Shown here: in pieces, positions 24,259 through 34,768 of the stretch
Numbering within the stretch: the stretch's first letter is position 1
Layout of the letters: each line of letters begins with the position of its first letter
DNA from: Bilabrum cf. latius
Lineage: Eukaryota
Length of the DNA stretch: 64,000 nt
Assembly: GCA_965178125.1 (NCBI GenBank)
Contig: OZ237743.1
Location: 248,001 to 312,000 of the forward strand
Direction: 5' to 3'
Translations under genes and position numbers: made by a program
The notes under the pieces: model-generated
Databases searched by the model: none
Seen by the model: only the letters and a program-made list of their open reading frames with translations
What the model was told of the DNA's origin: nothing

Positions 24259-27200
24259 TCAAATACCAGCTAGTGACGAAGCGCCTGCAGCCGCCCCGCA
24301 CACTAGAGCGCACGCCACGAGCAGCCGAATGCAGGCATCCTCGTGCTCGAGCCAGCGGCGGTACCTTCGTCGCGCCGCTACTCCGAGACCAGCGAGCTCT
24401 TGGTGCCTATTGCTGGTGCCATCGTTCTCAATAGATGCGTTTCCTCCTTGCACGTTCCCGCGTCCCTCCGTCTCGACCCCACGAGCAACCAAGCCTGAGC
24501 ATGCAGAGGCGCCGCCGCCGCCGCAGCAGCAGCAGCAGCAGCAGCAAAAGTAGGTCTTGCAGTCCCACAGCGCAGCGCCACATGCAGCACCAGGCCTCTC
24601 ACTCGAAGAACATCCATCACAGCAGCCCCACGAGCCGGAACACGCGCAACATGCCCCTCCCGCAATCCCCGCCACCGGCCCGCTGCCATGCCACTACTCT
24701 GCCGCCTCCCACGCGAGACGGAACCGATGATTTCTCCACGGAGAATAGCCCCACATGCCTACACGGAGCAGGATATGCTGGTACCGCAGGGAGGTGCTGC
24801 TGGACCCAGCGGGGGTCGCAGTTGGTGGTGCAGCCCCTCCAGACCCTGCTTCACCCTCCATTGCATCCTGCATTGCATCCTGCATTGCACCAGCAGCCGC
24901 AACACCACCAGGGCTACCGCTTGAGGCAGCTCTAAAGTTTGTAGAGTCTGCATCACAGCCGTTGCACACTGCCTGGCTGCAACGTAGCAAGGACTGCACG
25001 AGCATGCGACCTATTCGAGTCGTGTGTCTCGTCACGGCTGCTTGCTCCACTGCAGGAAGTGGCAGCAGCGGCGTTTCTTGTGCTCCAGCAGCCCGCACGT
25101 GCTGGACTCCGATGTCGTCTCTTGCTTGGTGCGCACTTGCAGGCGCGGGTTGGTTCATACCATTGAGCGGTGTGAGCGGCAAGGTGCCTCGATCGCATTG
25201 CCATGGCGCGCCTCCGTGGGCCCCATGAGTGGCCGCTGCCGCACGAGCCAGCATGTCCACCACCTCTCTCGGCATTTCATCAACGAGGCGAGCCGCCACG
25301 GCGTCAGCAGCAGCCTCAATCTCCCGAGCCCCTTGATTGGGCTCGCGATCCAACCCATCGCCAGCGTCCTGGAAGAGCAGCTGGCCCAGCCACGGGATGG
25401 GAGTGCCGCTTTGAAGAGCTTCCTTGGGAAGAAGAGCCGCAGCGATGCAGCCCGTGATGCTATTCCGAGCCTTGCTTTCAGATGGCTGTTCGACTGCGGA
25501 ATCGCCTGCGGTCGCGGTCGCGCGTCGATGTTTCTTAGCTTCCGAGCAGTGCCTCGTCTAGTGCCAAACGTACGCATCGCACTGCGCTGCGGCAACTCCC
25601 TGCCTGTCAGCAATGCATGCAACCCCCACTGCAGACTTCTTGCCTTGACCACTAGCACCACGCATCTCCTTCGATCCAACCCCCGAATGGCCGTGCGCAG
25701 ACGCCGCGGCAGCCGTCCCCTCCAAGCAGCCGCAGCACTCAATCAGTCCGTCGAGAGACCACTGGGCCCACGTTCCGCTGCTGACCGGCTCAGGAGCCCC
25801 TGTTCTCACAGACGCACTGGTGGATCCGGCTGCATCTGCATCCCGAGGAGTGGTGGTGGCACCATCATCATACCCAGGGCTATACAAACCATCGACTTCA
25901 CGAGCAAATTCACACGCTTCTGCTGCTGCCACACCGAGAGCCTTGCCGATATCACAGAGCCCACACTGCGCCGCAATCAGCGCCGCACCCGCCCTCGAAT
26001 CGAAGAGAAAGACGCCCTCGCTCGCCAGCCGCGCTCGGTCCTACCAGCCCGTCTTGCGATCCATCCCGAGGCCGTCCCTCAGGCACACGTCGTGGATCAG
26101 GCACACGGGGGGCTCCCTGCCTAGTTCCCCAGCGAACTTTCGGCGGGCCACTTTGCCCAGGTGCACGTCGCCCTGGCCAGAGTCTCCTATCCACACGAAC
26201 CTGCAGTCGGGCCAGAGGTCGGCCTGCTCCGTGAGGTGCTCCAACTTGCGAGCAGCCATCATCTCCGAGGTCCACAGGGAACACGCAGATCCAGGCAGGA
26301 CGGACACGCCGAGTCTCTTCGGCCCAAGGCGACCCTCCAAATTCGTGATGCTATCGGCTCGCATCGCAGGTGGCCGCGCGGTGACAAAGGCTACGTGTCC
26401 CATCGGAGCGCTTCCGTATTCGATCTAGTCCTGGTCTGGTTGCTGCGAAGATCGGCCCTGCCTACCTCCGGCCCCCGGCGCTGCTGCCCCGCTGGTGCCT
26501 TGCACGGCATGGTACAGCGCTGGCATACCCGGGTACACGATCCGCGGGCCGATGGAATAATCCAAGTAGTTGCCGAAAGCAGTGTCGTCAACGTCGGAAA
26601 AGACCCGCACAGGGCATGAACTCGCTGCCATCGGCTGCAGCAGAGCGGTTGTGGTGTTCCCTGAAGCAGCCGGAGCAGTTTGATCTGCACGAGGCGCTTT
26701 CCTGGGTCGTTCATCTGCTGCGTCCAATGAGCTCTCTGGAGCCTGAATTTGTTGCAGAGTCACGACTGCCGCTGCTTCAACCTGTGGTGGTGCTCGCGTG
26801 ACACGGCGCATCTCGATCGAGATACCGGCAGGATCCAGACCTCCAGCCCGATCGACTGTGCCCCGGCTGCTGGCGGGTGGCAACACCTAGTTGGCACTTC
26901 CGCTGCCGCCCTACATCCGACCCTGGGCTCCGGGCCGAGCAGAGGTGCGGTCAGCTTGCGGGTGTCGCTGCGCGGCCTGACTCCCATCCTCTGTCTTGAA
27001 GGCCTGCACTGGCAGCCACAGGCCGCACGATCGCACACGTGCATCAAAATTCGTTTTCATGATGCGGTAACCTTGTATTTGTCCCGGTACGGTGGCAGGC
27101 GAAGCGCCTGCAGCAGCGTTGCCGCGATGCTTCCCTGTAGCATGCGACGCAGTTCCCAGCCGCTACGCTGCCCCTCTCGCCCCTGGCACAGCACCTCCTC

Positions 27201-28068
27201 TTCGCCGCACGCCTTGACGAGTCCACGCCGGTCGAAGCACGGGATCGGAAGCCTCTGCAGTCCTCGCGATCCGCTGCAATACGGCGTTCCTCACACGAGG
27301 GGCGAGCACGTCGTGGAGCAAGTGCCTGAGGTCCATCGTGGAGTCAAACGCCACTGCAGAACCACCCGTGCGCTGAAGCACGGCAGATGTTGCGACTGAA
27401 AATACGCGATCTTGCTCTGTAGAATCAGGCATGACTGGTGCTGACGCACTCGCGGCTGTTCGATTGCTGGTGCCCGCCGCTGGTCGACGGGCTGATCCTG
27501 GCAGTGACGGTGCCATGGCCACCTGCATTTCATCTAAATTTTCACTTGATGGCTCCTGATGCCCACCTGCGCCTCTATTATGGATAGTATGTGCCCTGGC
27601 TTGCTCTCTCGAGATGCGACGCAAGCGGGTGCTGGCGCTTCCGGCCGCCTCCAGATGCTGCCGCAGCGCCAGCATACCTTTCGGTCGCAAGCCCTCGATC
27701 AATGATAGAATAAACGCTGATACGCAGCTATCTCGAGTATCTCCTCGATACTCAATCGCAGATGAAATGCACAGAATTAGTTGTGCTAGTTTGCAAGGAT
27801 CACGACGTAACCACGTCTATACGGCACGGCTCGTCCTCAGTGCGTCGAGAAAGTCCCGGGCGTCGGAAGTTCCTCCCCAGACCGCAGAAGCAATAAGCTT
27901 AACAACAATTGTAAACAAGGACTGCTAGTTCTTGGTGATGAATGGAAGGTCGTCTGGTGGAATAGCGGCTAAATACAAGCGGTTGCTAGAGAGCCGCGCC
28001 ACCTCGCGAGTAGCTGCCTTTACATTTCCTGAATGCACTGCCCGGCTAAACGCATCGGAAATCTCCAT
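24259..28068 (-). CDS. App1-like phosphatidate phosphatase (HAD DxDxT) domain protein with long extensions and a Cys-rich C-terminus
   Basis: Motifs VFSDVDDT, VYPGMPALY, AFVTARP and FVWIGDSGQGD lie in ORF fragments (ending 27925, 27163, 26425, 26041, 25558, 24694, 24259) that share one frame and are joined by TAG; TGA end. Confidence 0.75.
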
Positions 28069-28691
28069 TTCAACACAAAAGGCCACCCATATACATGTAT
28101 AATTAGAGCAGACACCTGAAATTCGCAAGACTCATCGAGTGAGGCATCACGCACCGGCAACAGCGATCGGAGCCTCACCAAGTCGGCAATAATGAAGGTT
28201 GACTTGCAAGTATGCATCACAAAATCAGGCACGTTCATCCTAGCACGTATCCTGACCTGCCAAGATTGGCCATCCTTCACCACTCGCTCCCGACTCAGGC
28301 TGCTGAAGGCCCACTGGCAGCACCGCGCATTCCTAGTGACCACCTGCCTCTGCTGCCGAACCCGCATGTAATAAATATGCTAATCTGAACCAGTAGCATC
28401 AGGCTTGCTGCTGTAGCCATTTTCAAACCACAAGTTACCAGAAGCGCATCCTATATTTCCCATTTTTGCCCTAGGTCGCGGAATTTCACCTCCACCACAG
28501 GTCACATGCATGCCTCGGCTCCATCTGTGCCCTCTATACAATATGCATAGAAAATAATTGCAACCAGTAATTTATCATTCCATGTTCATGACGGCATGTA
28601 GATCTACGCCATTCCGGTCAAAGTGCAATATTCCGAGTTGGTCGCTACGCATCACGCATGCGACCGGTAGAACCACTCATTTCTAGCTACC

Positions 28692-29186
28692 ATGCGCACG
28701 CTGGCATCGCTTTGTCTGCTCACAGTGCTGTTGCCATTAGCTATGGGTGACTCGCCATCGAGAGCCCACCGAGTGCGCCGCAGGACTCGGACAACGGAGC
28801 TCAAGAAGTCTCCGTCGGTTATTGATCCCAAGCTCGACGCAATGCCGTCAGACGCCAGTGAGAGATTATTGGTCTCCTTCACTAGCTCGCTTGTCATACG
28901 AGCTTATACATCGTATCCTTGCGCCGACTTCGCTCTCATCGCAGACGATGCGGGCCCCAACGCCGCGCGAACCCACCCGCCGTTGTGCAGCAAGTGTGAA
29001 AGATCAGTTGCATCGCGCTTTCCTTTAAGATTTACTACTGAACTTGAATGTCACAGCACCAGGCACGTACACCCTGACGTGCATCCTAAGTTGCCAAAAT
29101 GCACTGCCCGCCGATTCAACTCCCGCACTAATGACCTGCGTACTAGTAGAGCGCACTCTGTATGCCCCCCTGCCTCGGCTGCTTGA
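28692..29186 (+). CDS. Possible small secreted protein (signal-peptide-like start, CxxC); 3' end uncertain
   Basis: MRTLASLCLLTVLLPLAMG hydrophobic leader; possible in-frame intron 28858-28944. The ORF end overlaps the convergent LRR gene. Confidence 0.3.
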   Translation: MRTLASLCLLTVLLPLAMGDSPSRAHRVRRRTRTTELKKSPSVIDPKLDAMPSDASERLLVSFTSSLVIRAYTSYPCADFALIADDAGPNAARTHPPLCSKCERSVASRFPLRFTTELECHSTRHVHPDVHPKLPKCTARRFNSRTNDLRTSRAHSVCPPASAA

Positions 29187-30632
29187 GCTGCGTCTAGCTA
29201 TTTACCTGACACGAGCCCTTTCCGTTCTGCCCCACCTGCCATCACCCCGAGCCGCAGTCGCTTCGCCAACTCTAGAGGCCTGCCCTCTGCTGCAGCTCGC
29301 CACACTAGCCCCGCATCCCGGTGAGCCTGCGCAGCAGTCCTATGTCGTACCAAGGCCCACAGCCTGGACTGCCTGGACTAGTAGTGCTGCAGCCTGGTCA
29401 GCATGAGAGGTACAGTTCTTGCATACTTACCAGGAACACATGAAGTGCGCCAGTCGTAGAACACTATGCGGGGATTGGCCACTACAGCATCCAGGTTCCG
29501 GTCGTGCTGGCGACTGAATTCAGCCTCATACCTCCAGGAATTGAGCCCGCTGTATCCGACGGATATCGACAGCAGCGCCCTGTTCCGCCTGATTGCAGCC
29601 CACAGCAGACATAACGGAAGTCGTGTTTTCTCCGGTATCATGTCATAGAACAGCATCAGGTGCCTGATACTCACGTTCTCACACACGATCCTTTCCACCT
29701 GTGCACCGAGGGCGTCGCTGGCTTCTGGCGACTTGGATATGAATGAAAGCAGCACCTGCCTCAGTGCCCGATGCGCCACCAGAGTATCAGCCCACGCCAC
29801 CAGCTATTCTTTGTTCACCACGCAGTCTCCCGTTGACAAATACCGAAGGCTTCTGTTGGTCAGCATGCCCTTTGCTATCGGGGCATTGCGCCGATACAGG
29901 TTTCTGTAGGCTGCCCCCAGAGTGATTCCAGAACGAGCATCCCACCCGAGCATACCCATCAGACTCAGCGCATACAAGCTGCACCGCGAGTCTCCTAGCA
30001 CCTACCCGAGCGACTCGAACAGATCCTGAGGGGCTCCTTCTAAGCACTGCCTACTACTGCTGCTCTGCAAGATGAGAGCCTCAAGGCGATTCGACCTTCC
30101 TGAATGCAGCATCGACGGAGCCAGTGCTGCCATGGCGCCTGGCTCCCACCTGCAGTCCCCCAGATGCAAGCAAGAGAGATGATGACCCTCAACGTCCAAA
30201 CATACCATCTCGCAAAGCAACCTGGCTGTCGGAACATCGATCGTCTCGTCAACCAGCCGCAGCGACTTCAACCGGATGCCATCCGAGGGCAGCAGCGCCA
30301 GTAACTGCCTGAAGCTTGCCATTCCAGATCGGTGCGGCATTGTGGCACTTGCATACCCCTGCCTGACCGCCCACAGGAACTGCCAAACCAGCGTGCACTC
30401 CGGCGCGATATCGTTCCTGCCTTTCTTGTATGTCTCGTGCATACCGTCAGAAGAAACCTGCTAAACTTACAAGATATATTTTAGTTTCGATGAAGAACTT
30501 GACCCCAACAAAAATGCGGTGCCGGGGGCACTCGGAAACTACTAGTGTTGGACAGTGTTTGCTCCTCACGATCGAGGTGATAGCCCTATACGGGGCACGA
30601 TAGACACCTGGCACAAGTTTCTCTTGGAGCAT
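29051..30632 (-). CDS. RNI-like/LRR-like protein, paralog A (short first exon plus intron)
   Basis: LRR-like segments LKSLRLVD, LSCLHLGDC, LEALILQ. In-frame TAGs at 30002, 29804, 29378, 29198; TGA 29051-29053. Colinear with paralog B. Confidence 0.7.
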
Positions 30633-31385
30633 GAATTTTATCATTTTGGCAAATCTTGGAGCCTACTGTCGTGTGTGCAGTGCTTAATGCTGCATGCTGT
30701 TTTCTGGTGATCCGGAGCCACATTCATGGTCACCCTAGGGCCTAGGCTATCCAATGAGTCAGGCTGCCACCAGGGGACTGCATCAGGTTGTTCCCGGCAT
30801 GCTTCGGCCCCTTTCTTGTAGAGGCCCTCTTGTACTTCTGCGCCTTCTTCTGGTCCTGATTCGGATAGTCTACCATGGACTCCGTCGATGGACCACAAGC
30901 AGCAACACCCCCACGAAGGAGCAGCCCAGCCTGCGGAGCCCGTGGCGTGAGCTCGCTGTCCTGTACGAGCTATCCAGCGCGAGCTCCTCCTAGGGAGATT
31001 GGTGTCATTAGCCGCTCTCTCTCACTCCTCCGCATCGCTACGTCGCATCTGATCCTACACCTCGAGCGGGTCCTGCGCCCACCGCGCGACCTCAATCTCA
31101 GAGACCTTGTTGGCCTCACCAACTCTAATGCTACAAATCCTCTTCCCACCTACGGACAAGGTGTTGCCGCGTTCTCCTTCTTCACAGAGCCATCCTCATC
31201 GCACAGACGCTTATCATCTCATTTGACGTCAACAACGAATCAGACTCTGTCTCCTTAAAACCATGCATACCCGAACCAGGTACAATGGGTGCTGCACAAG
31301 ACAGCATAACCACGATGGTGGACTTTTGTCCGCAATCATACAGATGAAAGATTCGTCACTTCCATATTGCATGCTGGATCTGGTT

Positions 31386-31495
31386 GAGGAGAATCAAAAC
31401 GCTTGTACCGTGCTGTGCAGAGGATCGTAGAGGGGGCGTAGAGGAGAATCAAAACGCTTGTACCGGGCTGTGCAGAGGATCCAAGAGGGGGCGTA
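31386..31495. repeat. 55-bp tandem duplication (2 copies, few mismatches) in the spacer between the LRR paralogs
   Basis: gaggagaatcaaaacgcttgtaccg...gagggggcgta starts at 31386 and again at 31441. Confidence 0.85.
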
Positions 31496-31600
31496 GCGGC
31501 AGGAGCAGAAGGCATCGCTGCACGCTGTGAAGAATGCGTGGAATAAGTACCCTGCACGTTGTCAGGTGCTGAGATGGCGAGGAACGCATACTATAGTGAT

Positions 31601-33194
31601 TCACGACACCAAGCACGAGAACGTGGGCATACCTTCTGTCAGGCCACGATCAATCGCCCTTCGGTTCACCTCTCGCGCAACTGACCGGCGCACTAGCAGC
31701 ACGCATTCCCTATGCCCGCCTGCTTTGGCCGCTTGCCCCGCGTCTAGCAAGCTGCCTGACACGAGACCTTGCCGTTCCGCGCCACCTGCCATCACCCCGA
31801 GCCGCAGTCGCTTCGCCAACTCTAGGGGCCTGCCCCCTGCTGCAGCTCGCCACACTAGCCTCGCATCCCGTTGAGCTTGCGCAGCAGTCCTATGTTGTAC
31901 CAAGGCCCACAGCCTTGACTGCCTGGATTGGTACTGCTTTAATCGAGGTAACATAACGGGCTCGACTCTCTCGTTCTTTTGGGTCGAGGCCACCGTGCAC
32001 CAGTCGTAATGTATAATACGGGGATTGGCCACTACGGCATCCAGATTGCGGTCGTTCTGCGGGACGTAGTACTATGGACTATAGTAGAATTCGTCTCCAA
32101 TACATCCGACCAATATCGACAGCAGTGCCCTGTTCCGCCTGATGGCAGCCCGCAGCAGGTGCAACGGAGGTGGCACTGGATCCCATCCCCGCTCCATGTC
32201 GTACAACAATATCAGGTGCCTGATGCTCACGTTCTCACGCACGATCCTTGCCACTGGTGCACCGAGCGCAATGCGGGCTTCGTTCGTCACAGGATGAAAG
32301 GACACAAGAAGCTGCCGCAAGGAATAGCTCGTGGCCAGAGCATCGGCCCACGCGACCAGCTGCTCTGTGTTCACTATACACTCGCCAGTCGACAAATACC
32401 GAATGCTTGTGTTGCTAAGCATGCCCCTGGCCACCAAGGCATTGCGCCGATACATGCAAGTCCAGTCCACGCCTTCAACCGGACCATAGGGGTGACTCCA
32501 TCCGAGCATGCCCACCAGGCTCAGCGCATACAAGCTGCACCACGAGTCTCCTAGCACCTATCCAAGCGACTCGAACAGATCCTGAGGGGCTCCTTTCACC
32601 GATGGCTCGCCAGTAGTGCTCTGCAAGAGGAGTGCTTCCAATCGATTCGACATCCCCGAGTGCAGCATCGACGGAGCCAGTGCTGCCATGGCGCCTGGCT
32701 TCCACCTGCAGTCCTCCAGATGCAAGCAAGACAAGCCATGACCCTCAACGTCCAAACATACCATCTCGCAAAGCAGCTTGGCGGCCGAAACATCGATCGT
32801 CTCATCCACAAGACGCAGCGACTTCAACCGGATGCCATCCAAAGGCAGCAGCGCCAGCAGCTGCTTGAAGCCTGCTATGCCCGATCCGGAAGGCATTGTG
32901 GCGCTGGAGTATCCCTGCTTGATCGCCCACAGGAATTGCTGAAGAGATTCACATTCGGGGGCAAAATCGTTCCTCCCTTTCTTGTAGCTTTCATGCATGC
33001 CGTCAGATGAAACCTGCATCGCATCACAACGTAAAGTGTCTTATAGAACAATAAATTGAACCCCAGCAAACATGCGGTGCAGCGGGCACACTTTGCAAAC
33101 AGTTCGCCCAGCGCCTCACGATCGAGGTGATGCTCCTATACGGGCTTCGATAGGTATCAGGTGTTGGCCATTCATATACCATGTAGTCAGCCAT
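31601..33194 (-). CDS. RNI-like/LRR-like protein, paralog B
   Basis: Highly similar to paralog A along its length, with the same intron position (SITSI|VSSDG). In-frame TAGs at 32558 and 32072; TGA 31601-31603. Confidence 0.7.
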
Positions 33195-33324
33195 GCTGGT
33201 TTAGCATGCAACTACCTGCGTCTTAGAAAATTTCATCAGCATTAAGGTAAATGAGGCATATTGTGGACGATTGCGGCGATCGGAGCCCTGACATCACCCG
33301 CTGGACGCATCTATTCGGTTCACG

Positions 33325-34476
33325 ATGGCAGCTGCCTGTAGGATGACTCGTACAGGCATCATAGCTGCTTCATCTCGACTAATTCCTCGTCTGGGTGGTG
33401 TTCGCGCCATTTCACAATCCGCAGCGTCTCTGCAGATTACCACAGCCAAAATCAAGGAGCTTCGAGAGCGATCTGGAGCTCCAATGATGGATTGCAAGAA
33501 GGCTCTCATGGATGATGAGGTTGGGGGAGATATTTAGAAGGCGTTTGATTGGTTGCGTAAAAAGGGAGTCGCAGTAGCTGGCAAGAAAGCCGGGAGGGCG
33601 GCCCAAGAAGGTGTTGTCTCCGGCGTGATCACCGACGACGAGCGATACGGCGTGCTTGTGGAAGTGAGCAGCGAAACAGACTTTGTAGCAAGAAACGCAG
33701 ATTTCTAGTACTTTGTGCAGAAGGTGTCGCGCACGGCCGTGGCGGCCCTGCCCGGAGCCGGCGTTGGCGAGGCATCTGCTCCGACCGCTGCTCCCGGCAG
33801 CGCGCTCGGCGTGATGGAGTGGCTGCAGAAGCAGAAGCTGGACGGAGGCGATCTGGTTGGTCGCGATTGCACCGTGGGTGAGGGCCTCCTTGACATGGTG
33901 GGCAAGATCCGCGAGAACCTGCTGTGCCGACGTGGCGCCGTCCTCGACGCGGGCGAGGGTGGGCTGGTGGTGCCCTACGTGCACAACGTGGTGGGGCCTT
34001 CGATGGGCTCCCTGGCCGTCCTCGTGGCCATGGCGCCCGCCCAGGGAACAAGCGGAAGCGGGAGCCCCTCCGACGAGAAGGCTCGGGCGGCCATGCGCAG
34101 CGCGGGCAAGACGGTCGCGCTGCACGTGGCGGCTGCCAGGCCGCTGGCAGTGGACCGGGACTCTGTACCCGCAGAGGCCGTGGAGCGGGAAGCGAGCGTG
34201 CTGGCGGCACAGGCCAGGGAACAAGGCAAGCCGGAGAAGATCGTGGAGAAGATGGTGCAGGGCCGCCTATCGAAGTTCTATGAGGAGTCGTGCCTCCTGG
34301 AGCAGGACTGCATGGTGGCTGACGGCAAGGTGGGGGAGATAGTGGCGGCTGCGGGGGAGGAGGCGGGCACTGAGCTCAGGGTCGTGGGCTTCCGCGTGCT
34401 GGCCAAGGGGGAGGTAGAGGAAGGGGAGGGGACGGGGGAGGAGGAGCAAGGGGACGAGACGGAGGGTAGGCAGTGA
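33325..34476 (+). CDS. TSFM: Mitochondrial translation elongation factor EF-Ts with an N-terminal transit peptide
   Basis: Motifs [50 protein letters not shown] and [27 protein letters not shown], continuous in one frame across TAG 33535 and TAG 33706; TGA stop. Confidence 0.95.
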
Positions 34477-34768
34477 TCGATCAACTGTGATTGGGCTTTG
34501 CTGGTCTAGTGGGTCGCCCTGATGATGAGGGGGCTCCAACAGTGTGGTCTCTGCTAGTTGTCGATGGATAATCCGGAGGAAGAATAGAGAGGGCAGCTTG
34601 ACAGTGATTTTGCACAGCAGGTACGTTGCTTGCCTTAGAGGAATTTGTGGAGGCGGTGCGTGCGCTGCAAATCTTGGCGGCGCCGCGCACGCGCCGAATC
34701 GGTTCCGCCAAGAATGCTGGTCCGGTTGCCAGTAATCTCGCTTGCGTCCGTCGTATTGGGTCAGCAAC

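Noticed and set aside
33535-33708. A-to-I editing of UAG to UGG (Trp), or pyrrolysine/Leu/Tyr decoding
   Set aside because: TAG sites align with Gln or polar positions and sit in polyQ tracts, not at Trp or other hydrophobic columns. One TAG/TTG paralog pair is a single-base change and is outweighed.
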